Assembly (NCBI GenBank): GCA_964016885.1
Contig: OZ024744.1
Location: 10,354,001 to 10,418,000, forward strand
Length of the DNA: 64,000 bases
Direction: 5' to 3'
From: Eledone cirrhosa
Taxonomy: Eukaryota
This document shows positions 44,201 to 57,900 of this stretch, piece after piece. The notes under the pieces were generated by a model. It was given only the letters and a program-made list of their open reading frames with translations. It did no database searches and had not been told where the DNA came from. The position numbers and the translations under genes are program-made. Position 1 is the stretch's first letter, and the number at the start of each line of letters is the position of its first letter.

Positions 44201-47065
44201 CCAATATGTTGTGTTGTTGTACTCCAATATGTTGTGTTGATATACTCCAATATGTTGTGCTGTTGTACTCCAATATGTCATGTTGTTGTCCTCCGATATT
44301 TCGTGTTATTGTACTCCAATATTTCGTGTTGTTGTACTCCAATATGTTGTGTTTTTGTACTCCAATATGTTTTGATGTTGTACTCCAATATGTTGTGTTG
44401 TTATACTCCAATATGCTGTGTTGTTATACTCCTATATGTTGTGCTGTTGTACTCCAATATGTTGTTTTGTTATACTCCAATATGTTGTGTTGTTGTACTC
44501 CAATATGTTGTGTTGTTGTACTCCAATATGTCGTGATGTTGTACTCCAATATGTTGTGTTGTTATACTCCAATATTTCGTGTTGTTTTACTCCAATATGT
44601 CATGTTGTTGTACTCCAATATTTCTTGTTGCTGTATTCCAATATGTCATGGTGTTGTACTTCAATATGTCGTATTGTTGTACTCCAATATGTTGTGTTGT
44701 TGTTCTCCAATATGTCGTGTTGTTATACTCCAATATGTTATGATGTTGGACTCCAATATATTGTGTTGTTGTACTCCAATATGTTGTGTTTTTGTAATCC
44801 AATATGTAATGTTGTTATACTCCAATATGTCTTGTTATAGTCCAATATGTCGTGTTGTTGTACTCCAATATGTCATGTTGTTGTACTCCAATATTTCGTG
44901 TTGTTGTACCCCAATATGTCGTGTTGATTATACTCCAATTTTTGTTGCTGTTGTACTCCAATATGTTGTGTTGTTGTACTCCAATATGTTGTGTTGTTAT
45001 TCTCCAATATGTTGTGCTGTTGTACTCCAATGTGTTATGTTGTTATACTCCAATATGTTGTGCTGTGATACTCCAATATGTTGTGTTGTTGTACTCCAAT
45101 CTGTTGTGTTGTTATACTCCAATATGTTGTGTTGTTATACTCCAATATGTTGTGTTGTTTTACTCCAATATGTTTTGTTGTTGTACTCCAATATGTTGTG
45201 TTGTTGTACTCCAATATGTTGTGTTGTTGTAATCCAATATCTTGTGTTGTTATACTCCAATATGTTGTGTTGTTGTACTCCAATATGTTGTGTTGTTGTT
45301 CTCCAATATGTCGTGTTGTTATACTCCAATATGTTGTGTTATGATACTCCAATATGTTGTGCTGTTGTACTCCAATATGTTGTGTTGTTATACTCCAATA
45401 TGTAGTTTTGTTATACTCCAATATGTCATGATGTTGTACTCCAATATGTCGTGTTCTTGTGCTCCAATATGTCGTGTTGTCGTACTCCAATATGTTGTGT
45501 TGTTGTACTCCAATATGTTGTGTTGTTGTACTCCAATATGTTGTGTTGTTGTACTCCAATATATCATGTTGTCGTACTCCAATATGTCATGTTATACTCC
45601 AATATGTCGTTGTTATACTCCAATATGTCATGATGTTGTACTCCAATATGTCGTGTTCTTGTGCTCCAATATGTCGTGTTGTCGTACTCCAATATGTTGT
45701 GTTGTTGTACTCCAATATGTTGTGTTGTTGTACTCCAATATGTTGTGTTGTTATACTCCAATATGTTGTGTTGTTGTTGTACTCCAATATGTTTTGATGT
45801 TGTACTCCAATATGTTGTGTTGTTGTACTCCAATATGTTGTGTAGTCATACTCCAATACGTTGTGTTGTTGTACTCCAATATGATGTGATGTTGTACTCC
45901 AATATGATGTGCCGTTGTACTCCAATGCGTTGTGTTGTTGTACTCCAATGTGTTGTGTTGTTATACTCCAATATGTTGTGTTGTTATACTCCAATATGTT
46001 GTGCTGTTGTACTCCAAATCTCGTGTTGTTATACTCCAATGTGTTGTGTTGTTATACTCCAATATGGTGTGTTGTTGTACTCCAATATGTTGTATTATTT
46101 TTCTCCAATATGCCATGTTATACTCCAATATGTTGTGTTCGTGTACTCCAATATGTTGTGTTATTGTACTCCAATATGTTGCGTTGTTGTACTCCAATAT
46201 GTTGTGTTGTTATACTCCAATATGTTGTGTTGTTGCACTCCTATATGTTGTCTTGTTGTACTCCAAAAGGTCATATTATTGTACTCCAATATGTATTGTT
46301 ATACTCCAATATGTCGTGTGTCTGTACTCCAATATGTCATTTTGTTGTACTCCAATATGTCTTGTTATAGTCCAATATGTCGTGTTGTTGTACTCCAATA
46401 TGTCATGTAGTTGTACTCCAATATTTCGTGTTGTTGTACCCCAATATGTCGTGTTGTTTATACTCCAATATGTTTTGCTGTTGTACTCCAATATGTTGTG
46501 TTGCTGTACTCCAATATGTTGTGTTGTTGTACTCCAATATGTTGTGTTGTTGTAATCCAATATCTTGTGTTGTTATACTCCAATATGTTGTGTTGTTATA
46601 CTCCAATATGTTGTGTTGTGATACTCCAATATGTTGTGCTGTTGTACTCCAATATGTTGAGTTGTTATACTCCAATATGTAGTGTTGTTATACTCCAATA
46701 TGTTGTGTTGTACTCCAATCTGTTGTGTTATACTCCAATATGTTGTGTTGTTATACTCCAATATGTTGTGTTGTTGTACTCCAATATGTTGTGTTGTTGT
46801 ACTCCAATATGTTGTGTTGTTATTCTCCAATATGTTGTGCTGTTGTACTCCAATGTGTTATGTTGTTATACTCCAATATGTTGTGCTGTGATACTCCAAT
46901 ATGTTGTGTTGTTGTACTCCAATCTGTTGTGTTGTTATACTCCAATATGTTGTGTTGTTATACTCCAATATGTTATGTTGTTTTACTCCAATATGTTGTG
47001 TTGTTGTACTCCAATATGTTGTGTTGTTGTACTCCAATATGTTGTGTTGTTGTAATCCAATATGT
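38268..47065 (+). repeat. Higher-order repeat copy 5 (sister of copy 3, extends to unit position ~9.07 kb)
   Basis: Matches to copy 3: 22337/38357 and 24405/40425 (offset 16020), 26335/42375 (16040), 27946/44032 (16086). It then continues collinear with copy 1 (8385/46377). Confidence 0.85.
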
Positions 47066-50000
47066 TGTGTTGTTGTACTCCAATATGTTGTGTTGTTGTT
47101 CTCCAATATGTTGTGTTGTTATACTCCAATATGTTGTGTTGTGATATTCCAATATGTTGTGCTGTTGTACTCCAATATTTTGAGTTGTTATACTCCAATA
47201 TGTAGTGTTGTTATACGCCAATATGTTGTGTTGTTGTACTCCAATCTGTTGTGTTATACTCCAATATGTTGTGTTGTTATACTCCAATATGTTGTGTTGT
47301 TATACTCCAATATGTTGTGTTGTTTTACTCCAATATGTTGTGCTGTTGAACTCCAATATGTTGTATTGTTGATCTCCAATATGTCATGTTATACTCCAAT
47401 AAGTTGTGTTCTTTTACTCCAATATGGTTTGTTGTTGTACTCCAATATGTTGTGTTGTCGTACTCCAATATGTCATGTTATACTCCAATATGTCGTTGTT
47501 ATACTCCAATATGTCATGTTGTTGTACTACAATATGTCGTGTTGTTGTACTCCAATATGTTTTGATGCTGTACTCCAATATGTTGTGTTGTTGTACTCCA
47601 ATATGTTGTGTTGTTATACTCCAATATGTTGTCCTGTTGTACTCCAATATGTCATGTTGTTGCCCGCCGATATTTCGTGTTATTGTACTCCAATATTTCG
47701 TGTTGTTGTACTCCAATATGTTGTGTTTTTGTACTCCAATATGTTGTGTTTTTGTACTCCAATATGTTTTGATGTTGTACTCCAATATGTTGTGTTGTTA
47801 TACTCCAATATGCTGTGTTGTTATACTCCTATATGTTGTGCTGTTGTACTCCAATATGTTGTTTTGTTATACTCCAATATGTTGTGTTGTTGTACTCCAA
47901 TATGTTGTGTTGTTGTACTCCAATATGTGATGTTGTTGTACTCCAATATGTCGTGATGTTGTACTCCAATATGTTGTGTTGTTATACTCCAATATTTCGT
48001 GTTGTTTTACTCCAATATGTCATGTTGTTGTACTCCAATATTTCGTGTTGCTGTATTCCAATATGTCATGGTGTTGTACTTCAATATGTCGTATTGTTGT
48101 ACTCCAATATGTTGTGTTGTTGTTCTCCAATATGTCGTGTTGTTATACTCCAATATGTTATGATGTTGGACTCCAATATATTGTGTTGTTGTACTCCAAT
48201 ATGTTGTGTTTTTGTAATCCAATATGTAATGTTGTTATACTCCAATATGTCTTGTTATAGTCCAATATGTCGTGTTGTTGTACTCCAATATGTCATGTTG
48301 TTGTACTCCAATATTTCGTGTTGTTGTACCCCAATATGTCGTGTTGATTATACTCCAATTTTTGTTGCTGTTGTACTCCAATATGTTGTGTTGTTGTACT
48401 CCAATATGTTGTGTTGTTATTCTCCAATATGTTGTGCTGTTGTACTCCAATGTGTTATGTTGTTATACTCCAATATGTTGTGCTGTGATACTCCAATATG
48501 TTGTGTTGTTGTACTCCAATCTGTTGTGTTGTTATACTCCAATATGTTGTGTTGTTATACTCCAATATGTTGTGTTGTTTTACTCCAATATGTTTTGTTG
48601 TTGTACTCCAATATGTTGTGTTGTTGTACTCCAATATGTTGTGTTGTTGTAATCCAATATCTTGTGTTGTTATACTCCAATATGTTGTGTTGTTGTACTC
48701 CAATATGTTGTGTTGTTGTTCTCCAATATGTCGTGTTGTTATACTCCAATATGTTGTGTTATGATACTCCAATATGTTGTGCTGTTGTACTCCAATATGT
48801 TGTGTTGTTATACTCCAATATGTAGTTTTGTTATACTCCAATATGTTTTGTTGTTGTACTCCAATCTGTTGTGTTGTTATACTCCAATATGTTGTGTTGT
48901 TATACTCCAATATGTTGTGTTGTTTTACTCCAATATGTTGTGTTGTTGTACTCCAATATGTTGTGTTGTTGTACTCCAATATATCATGTTGTCGTACTCC
49001 AATATGTCATGTTATACTCCAATATGTCGTTGTTATACTCCAATATGTCATGATGTACTCCAATATGTCGTGTTCTTGTGCTCCAATATGTCGTGTTGTC
49101 GTACTCCAATATGTTGTGTTGTTGTACTCCAATATGTTGTGTTGTTGTACTCCAATATGTTGTGTTGTTATACTCCAATATGTTGTGCTGTTGTACCTTA
49201 ATATTTCGTGTTGTTGTACTCCAATACATCGTGTTGTACTCCAATATGTTGTGTTGTTGTTGTACTCCAATATGTTTTGATGTTGTACTCCAATATGTTG
49301 TGTTGTTGTACTCCAATATGTTGTGTAGTCATACTCCAATACGTTGTGTTGTTGTACTCCAATATGATGTGATGTTGTACTCCAATATGATGTGATGTTG
49401 TACTTCCATGCGTTGTGTTGTTGTACTCCAATGTGTTGTGTTGTTATACTCCAATATGTTGTGTTGTTATACTCCAATATGTTGTGCTGTTGTACTCCAA
49501 ATCTCGTGTTGTTATACTCCAATGTGTTGTGTTGTTATACTCCAATATGGTGTGTTGTTGTACTCCAATATGTTGTATTATTTTTCTCCAATATGCCATG
49601 TTATACTCCAATATGTTGTGTTCGTGTACTCCAATATGTTGTGTTATTGTACTCCAATATGTTGCGTTGTTGTACTCCAATATGTTGTGTTGTTATACTC
49701 CAATATGTTGTTGTTGTACTCCTATATGTTGTCTTGTTGTACTCCAAAAGGTCATATTATTGTACTCCAATATGTATTGTTATACTCCAATATGTCGTGT
49801 GTCTGTACTCCAATATGTCATTTTGTTGTACTCCAATATGTCTTGTTATAGTCCAATATGTCGTGTTGTTGTACTCCAATATGTCATGTAGTTGTACTCC
49901 AATATTTCGTGTTGTTGTACCCCAATATGTCGTGTTGTTTATACTCCAATATGTTTTGCTGTTGTACTCCAATATGTTATGTTGCTGTACTCCAATATGT

Positions 50001-51970
50001 TGTGTTGTTGTACTCCAATATGTTGTGTTGTTGTAATCCAATATCTTGTGTTGTTATACTCCAATATGTTGTGTTGTTATACTCCAATATGTTGTGTTGT
50101 GATACTCCAATATGTTGTGCTGTTGTACTCCAATATGTTGAGTTGTTATACTCCAATATGTAGTGTTGTTATACTCCAATATGTTGTGTTGTACTCCAAT
50201 CTGTTGTGTTATACTCCAATATGTTGTGTTGTTATACTCCAATATGTTGTGTTGTTGTACTCCAATATGTTGTGTTGTTGTACTCCAATATGTTGTGTTG
50301 TTATTCTCCAATATGTTGTGCTGTTGTACTCCAATGTGTTATGTTGTTATACTCCAATATGTTGTGCTGTGATACTCCAATATGTTGTGTTGTTGTACTC
50401 CAATCTGTTGTGTTGTTATACTCCAATATGTTGTGTTATACTCCAATATGTTATGTTGTTTTACTCCAATATGTTGTGTTGTTGTACTCCAATATGTTGT
50501 GTTGTTGTACTCCAATATGTTGTGTTGTTGTAATCCAATATGTTGTGTTGTTATACTCCAATATGCTGTGTTGTTGTTCTCCAATATGTCGTGTTGTTAT
50601 ACTCCAATATGTTGTGTTATGATACTCCAATATGTTGTGCTGTTGTACTCCAATATGTTGTGTTGTTATACTCCAATATGTAGTGTTGTTATACTCCAAT
50701 ATGTTGTGTTGTTGTACTCCAATCTGTTGTGTTGTTATACTCCAATATGTTGTGTTGTTATACTCCAATACGTTGTGTTGTTTTACTCCAATATGTTGTG
50801 TTGCTGTACTCCAATATGTTGTGTTGTTGTACTCCAATATGTTGTGTTGTTGTACTCCAATATATTGTGCTGCTGTACTCCAAAATATTGTGTTATACTC
50901 CAATATGTTGTGTTGTTGTACTCCAATATGTTGTGTTGTTGTAATCCAAAATGTTGTGTTGTTATACTCCAATATGTTGTGTTGTAATACTCCAATATGT
51001 TGTGCTCCAATATGTTGTGTTATACTCCAATGTGTTGTGTTCTTGTACTCCAATATGAAGTGTTGTAATACTCCAATATGTAGTGCTGTTGTTATACTCC
51101 AATATGTTGTGTTATAATCCAATGTGTTGTGTTGTTGTACTCCAATCTGTTGTGTTGTTATACTCCAATCTGTTGTGTTGTTATACTGCAATATGTTGTG
51201 TTGTTATACTCCAATATGTTGTGTTGTTATACTCCAAGATGTTGTGCTGTGATACTCTAATATGTTGTGTTTTTGTACTCCAATATGTTGTGTTGTTGTA
51301 CTCCAATATGTTGTGTTGTTGTAATCCAATATCTTGTGCTGTTATACTCCAATATGTTGTGTTGTTGTACTCCAATATGTTGTGTTGTTATACTCCAATA
51401 TGTTGTGTTGTGATACTCCAAAGTGTTGTGCTGTTGTACTCCAATATGTTGTGTTGTTTTACTCCAATAGGTTGCGTTGTTGTACTCCAATCTGTTGTGT
51501 TGTTATACTCCAATATGTTGTGTTGTTATACTCCAATATGGTGTGTTGTTTTACTCCAATATGTTGTGTTGTTGCAATCCAATATGTTTGTGTTGTTTTA
51601 CTCCAATATGTTGTGTTGTTATACTCAAATATGTTGTGTTGTTGTACTCCAATATGGTGTGTTGTTGTACTCCAATATGTTGTGTTGTTGTACTCCAATA
51701 TGTTGTGTTGTTATACTCCAATATGTTGTGTTGGTGTACTCCAATATGTTGTGCTGTTGAACTCCAAATCTCGTGTTGTTATACTCCAATGTGTTGTGTT
51801 GTTATACTCCAATATGTTGTGTTGTTGTACTCCAATATGTTGTGTTGTTGTACTCCAATATGTTGTGTTGTTGTACTCCAATATGTTGTGTTGTTGTATT
51901 CCAATATGTGATGTTGTTGTACTCCAATATGTCGTGATGTTGTACTCCAATATGTTGTGTTGTTATACTC
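47066..51970 (+). repeat. Higher-order repeat copy 6 (partial, unit positions ~5.6-10.45 kb)
   Basis: 32994/47406, 33403/47815, 34250/48662 and 35751/50163 all have offset 14412. It retains most of the ~650-bp segment that is deleted in copies 2 and 4. Confidence 0.8.
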
Positions 51971-54900
51971 CAATATGTTGTGTTGGTGTACTCCAATATG
52001 TTGTGCTGTTGAACTCCAAATCTCGTGTTGTTATACTCCAATGTGTTGTGTTGTTATACTCCAATATGTTGTGTTGTTTTACTCCAATAGGTTGCGTTGT
52101 TGTACTCCAATCTGTTGTGTTGTTATACTCCAATATGTTGTGTTGTTATACTCCAATATGTTGTGTTGTTATACTCCAATATGTTGTGTTGTGATACTCC
52201 AATATGTTGTGCTGTTGTACTCCAATATGTTGAGTTGTTATACTCCAATATGTAGTGTTGTTATACTCCAATATGTTGTGTTGTTGTACTCCAATCTGTT
52301 GTGTTATACTCCAATATGTTGTGTTGTTATACTCCAATATGTTGTGTTGTTATACTCCAATATGTTGTGTTGTTTTACTCCAATATGTTGTATTGTTGAT
52401 CTCCAATAATTTGTGTTCTTGTACTCCAATATATTGTGTTGTTGTACTCCAATATGTTGTGTTTTTGCAATCCAATATTTAATGTTGTTGTACTCCAATA
52501 TGTCTTGTTATATTCCAATATGTCGTGTTGTTGTACTCCAATATGTCATGTTGTTGTACTCCAATATTTCTTGTTGTTGTACCCCAATATGTCGTGTTGA
52601 TTATACTCCAATTTTTGTTGCTGTTGTACTCCAATATGTTGTGTTGTTGTACTCCAATATGTTGTGTTGTTGTACTCCAATATGTTGTGTTGTTGTACTC
52701 CAATATGTTGTGTTGTTATTCTCCAATATGTTGTGCTGTTGTACTCCAATGTGTTATGTTGTTATACTCCAATATGTTGTGCTGTGATACTCCAATATGT
52801 TGTGTTGTTGTACTCCAATCTGTTGTGTTGTTATACTCCAATATGTTGTGTTGTTATACTCCAATATGTTATGTTGTTTTACTCCAATATGTTGTGTTGT
52901 TGTACTCCAATATGTTGTGTTGTTGTACTCCAATATGTTGTGTTGTTGTAATCCAATATCTTGTGTTGTTATACTCCAATATGTTGTGTTGTTGTACTCC
53001 AATATGTTGTGTTGTTGTTCTCCAATATGTCGTGTTGTTATACTCCAATATGTTGTGTTATGATACTCCAATATGTTGTGTTATGATACTCCAATATGTT
53101 GTGCTGTTGTACTCCAATATGTTGTGTTGTTATACTCCAAGATGTAGTGTTGTTATACTCCAATATGTTGTGTTGTTGTACTCCAATATGTTGTGTTGTT
53201 ATACTCCAATATGTTGTGTTGTTATACTCCAATATGTAGTGTTGTTATACTCCAATATGTTGTGTTGTTGTACTCCAATCTGTTGTGTTGTTATACTCCA
53301 ATATGTTGTGTTGTTATACCCCAATATGTTGTGTTGTTTTATTCCAATATGTTGTGTTGCCATACTCCAATATGTTGTGTTGTTGTACTCCAATATGTTG
53401 TGCTGCTGTACTCCAATATATTCTGTTATACTCCAATATGTTGTGTTGTTGTACTCCAATATGTTGTGTTGTTGTAATCCAAAATGTTGTGTTGTTATAC
53501 TCCAATATGTTGTGTTGTAATACTCCAATATGTTGTGCTCCAATATGTTGTGTTATACTCCAATGTGTTGTGTTCTTGTACTCCAATATGAAGTGTTGTA
53601 ATAGTCCAATATGTAGTGCTGTTGTTATACTCCAATATGTTGTGTTATAATCCAATGTGTTGTGTTGTTGTACTCCAATCTGTTGTGTTGTTATACTCCA
53701 ATCTGTTGTGTTGTTATACTGCAATATGTTGTGTTGTTATACTCCAATATGTTGTGTTGTTATACTCCAAGATGTTGTGCTGTGATACTCTAATATGTTG
53801 TGTTTTTGTACTCCAATATGTTGTGTTGTTGTACTCCAATATGTTGTGTTGTTGTAATCCAATATCTTGTGCTGTTATACTCCAATATGTTGTGTTGTTG
53901 TACTCCAATATGTTGTGTTGTTATACTCCAATATGTTGTGTTGTGATACTCCAAAGTGTTGTGCTGTTGTACTCCAATATGTTGTGTTGTTTTACTCCAA
54001 TAGGTTGCGTTGTTGTACTCCAATCTGTTGTGTTGTTATACTCCAATATGTTATGTTGTTATACTCCAATATGGTGTGTTGTTTTACTCCAATATGTTGT
54101 GTTGTTATACTCAAATATGTTGTGTTGTTGTACTCCAATATGGTGTGTTGTTGTACTCCAATATGTTGTGTTGTTGTACTCCAATATGTTGTGTTGTTAT
54201 ACTCCAATATGTTGTGTTGGTGTACTCCAATATGTCGTGCTGTTGAACTCCAAATCTCGTGTTGTTATACTCCAATTTGTTGTGTTGTTATACTCCAATA
54301 TGTTGTGTTGTTGTACTCCAATATGTTGTGTTGTTGTACTCCAATATGTTGTGTTGTTGTACTCCAATATGTTGTGTTGTTGTACTCCAATATGTTGTGT
54401 TGTTGTACTCCAATATGTCATGTTATACTCCAATATGTCATGTTGTTTTACTCCAATATGTTGTGTTGTTGCACTCCAATATGTCGTGTTGTTGTACTCC
54501 AATATGTTGTGTTGTTGTACTCCAATATGTTGTGTTGTTATACTCCAATATGCTGTGCTGTTGTACTCCAATATGTTGTGTTGTACTCCAATATGTTGTG
54601 TTGTTGTACTCCAATATATCATGTTGTCGTACTCCAATATGTCATGTTATACTCCAATATGTCGTTGTTATACTCCAATATGTCATGTTGCTGTACTCCA
54701 ATATGTCGTGTTGTTGTACTCCAATATGTTTTGATGTTGTACTCCAATATGTTGTGTTGTTGTACTCCAATATGTAGTTGTACTCCAATATGTTGTGTTG
54801 TTATACTCCAATATGTATTGTTGTTGTAATCCAATATGTTGTGTTGTTGTACTCCAATATATAGTGTTGTTGTACTCCAATATGTTGTGTTGTTGTACTC

Positions 54901-57900
54901 CGATATGTTGTGCTGTTGTACTCCAATATGTTGTGTTATTGTACTCCAATATGTTGTGTTGTTGTACTCCAATACGTTATGTTGTTGTACTCCAATATTT
55001 AGTGCTGTTATACTCCAATATGTTATGTTGTTATACTCCAAAAAGTTTTGTTGTTTTACTCCAATATGTTGTGTTGTTATACTCCAGTATGTTGTGTTGT
55101 TGTACTCCAATATGTTGTGCTGTTGTACTCCAATATGTCAGGTTGTTGTACTCCGATATTTCGTGTTGTTCTACTCCAATATTTCGTGTTGTTTTACTCC
55201 AATATGTCGTGGTGTTGTACTCCAATATGTTTTGATGTTGTACTCCAATATGTCGTGTTGTTGTACTCCAATATGTTGTGTTGTTGTACTCCAATATGTT
55301 GTGTTGTTGAACTCCAATATGCTGTGTTGTTATACTCCTAAATGTTGTGTTGTTGTACTCCAATATGTTGTGTTGTACTCCAATATGTTGTGTTGTTACA
55401 CTCCACAATGTTGTGTTGTTGTACTCCAAAATGTGATGTTGCTGTACTCCAATATGTCGTATTGTTTTACTCCAATATGTCATGTTGTTGTACTCCAATA
55501 TTTCGTGTTGCTGTACTCCAATATGTCATGGTGTTGTACTTCAATATGTCGTATTGTTGTACTCCAGTATGTTGTGTTGTTGTTCTCCAATATGTCGTGT
55601 TGTTATACTCCAATATGTTATGATGTTGTACTCCAATATATTGTGTTGTTGTACTCCAATATGTTGTGTTGCTGTACTCCAATATGTTTTGTCGTTGTAC
55701 TCCAATATGTTGTGTTGTTATACTCCAATATGTTGTGTTATTTTACTCCAATATGTTGTGTTGTTGTACTCCAATATGTTGTGTTGTTGTACTCCAATAT
55801 GTTGTGTTGTTGTAATCCAATATCTTGTGTTGTTATACTCCAATATGTTGTGTTGTTGTACTCCAATATGTTGTGTTGTTGTTCTCCAATATGTTGTGTT
55901 GTTATACTCCAATATGTTGTGTTGTGATACTCTAATATGTTGTGCTGTTGTACTCCAATATGTTGAGTTGTTGTACTCCAATACGTTGTGTTGTTGTACT
56001 CCAATATTTAGTGCTGTTATACTCCAATATGTTGTGTTGTTATACTCCAATATGTTGTGTTATTTTACTCCAATATGTTGTGTTGTTGTACTCCAATATG
56101 TTGTGTTGTTGTACTGCAATATGTTATGTTGTTGTACTCCAATATGTAGTGCTGGTGTACTCTAATATGTTGTGTTGGTGTACTCCAATATGTTGTGTTG
56201 TTATACTCCAATATGGTGTGTCGTTGTACTCCAATATGTTGTGTTGTTGTTCTCCAATATGTTGTGTTGTTATACTCCAATATGGTGTATTGTTGTACTC
56301 CAATATGTTGTATTGTTGTTCTCCAATATGTTATGTTATACTCCAATATGTTGTGTTCGTGTACTCCAATATTTTGTGATATTGTACGCCAATATGTTGT
56401 GTTGTTGTACTCCAATATGTTGTGTTGTTATACTCCAATATGTTGTGTTGTTGTACTCCAATATGTTGTTGTACTCCAACATGTTGTGTTGTTGTACTCC
56501 AATATGTTGTTGTACTCCAACATGTTGTGTTGTTGTACTCCAATATGTAGTGTTGTTGTAATCCAATATGTTGTGTTGTTGTACTCCAATATATAGTGCT
56601 GTTGTACTCCAATATGTTGTGTTGTTGTACTCCAATATGTTGTGCTGTTGTACTCCAATATGTTGTGTTGTTATACTCCAATATGTTGTGTTGTTATACT
56701 CCAATAAGTTGTGTTGTTTTACTCCAATATGTTGTGTTGTTATACTCCAGTATGTTGTGTTGTTGTACTCCAATATGTTGTGTTGTTATACTCCAATATG
56801 TTGTGTTATATTACTCCAATATGTTGTGTTGTTGTACTCCAATATGTTGTGTTGTTGTACTCCAATATGTTGTGTTGTTGTAATCCAATAACTTGTGTTG
56901 TTATACTCCAATATGTTGTGTTGTTGTACTCCAATATGTTGTGTTGTTGTTCTCCAATATGTTGTGTTGTTATACTCCAATATGTTGTGTTGTGATATTC
57001 CAATATGTTGTGCTGTTGTACTCCAATATTTTGAGTTGTTATACTCCAATATGTAGTGTTGTTATACGCCAATATGTTGTGTTGTTGTACTCCAATCTGT
57101 TGTGTTATACTCCAATATGTTGTGTTGTTATACTCCAATATGTTGTGTTGTTATACTCCAATATGTTGTGTTGTTTTACTCCAATATGTTGTGCTGTTGA
57201 ACTCCAATATGTTGTATTGTTGATCTCCAATATGTCATGTTATACTCCAATAAGTTGTGTTCTTTTACTCCAATATGTTTTGTTGTTGTACTCCAATATG
57301 TTGTGTTGTTGTACTCCAATATATCATGTTGTCGTACTCCAATATGTCGTTGTTATACTCCAATATGTCATGTTGTTGTACTACAATATGTCGTGTTGTT
57401 GTACTCCAATATGGTTTGATGCTGTACTCCAATATGTTGTGTTGTTATACTCCAATATGTTGTGTTGTTATACTCCAATATGTTGTGCTGTTGTACTCCA
57501 ATATGTCATGTTGTTGTCCTCCGATATTTCGTGTTATTGTACTCCAATATTTCGTGTTGTTGTACTCCAATATGTTGTGTTTTTGTACTCCAATATGTTT
57601 TGATGTTGTACTCCAATATGTTGTGTTGTTGTACTCCAATATGTTGTGTTGTTATACTCCAATATGCTGTGTTGTTATACTCCTATATGTTGTGCTGTTG
57701 TACTCCAATATGTTGTGTTGTACTCCAATATGTTGTTTTGTTATACTCCAATATGTTGTGTTGTTGTACTCCAATATGTTGTGTTGTTGTACTCCAATAT
57801 GTGATGTTGTTGTACTCCAATATGTCGTGATGTTGTACTCCAATATGTTGTGTTGTTATACTCCAATATTTCGTGTTGTTTTACTCCAATATGTCATGTT

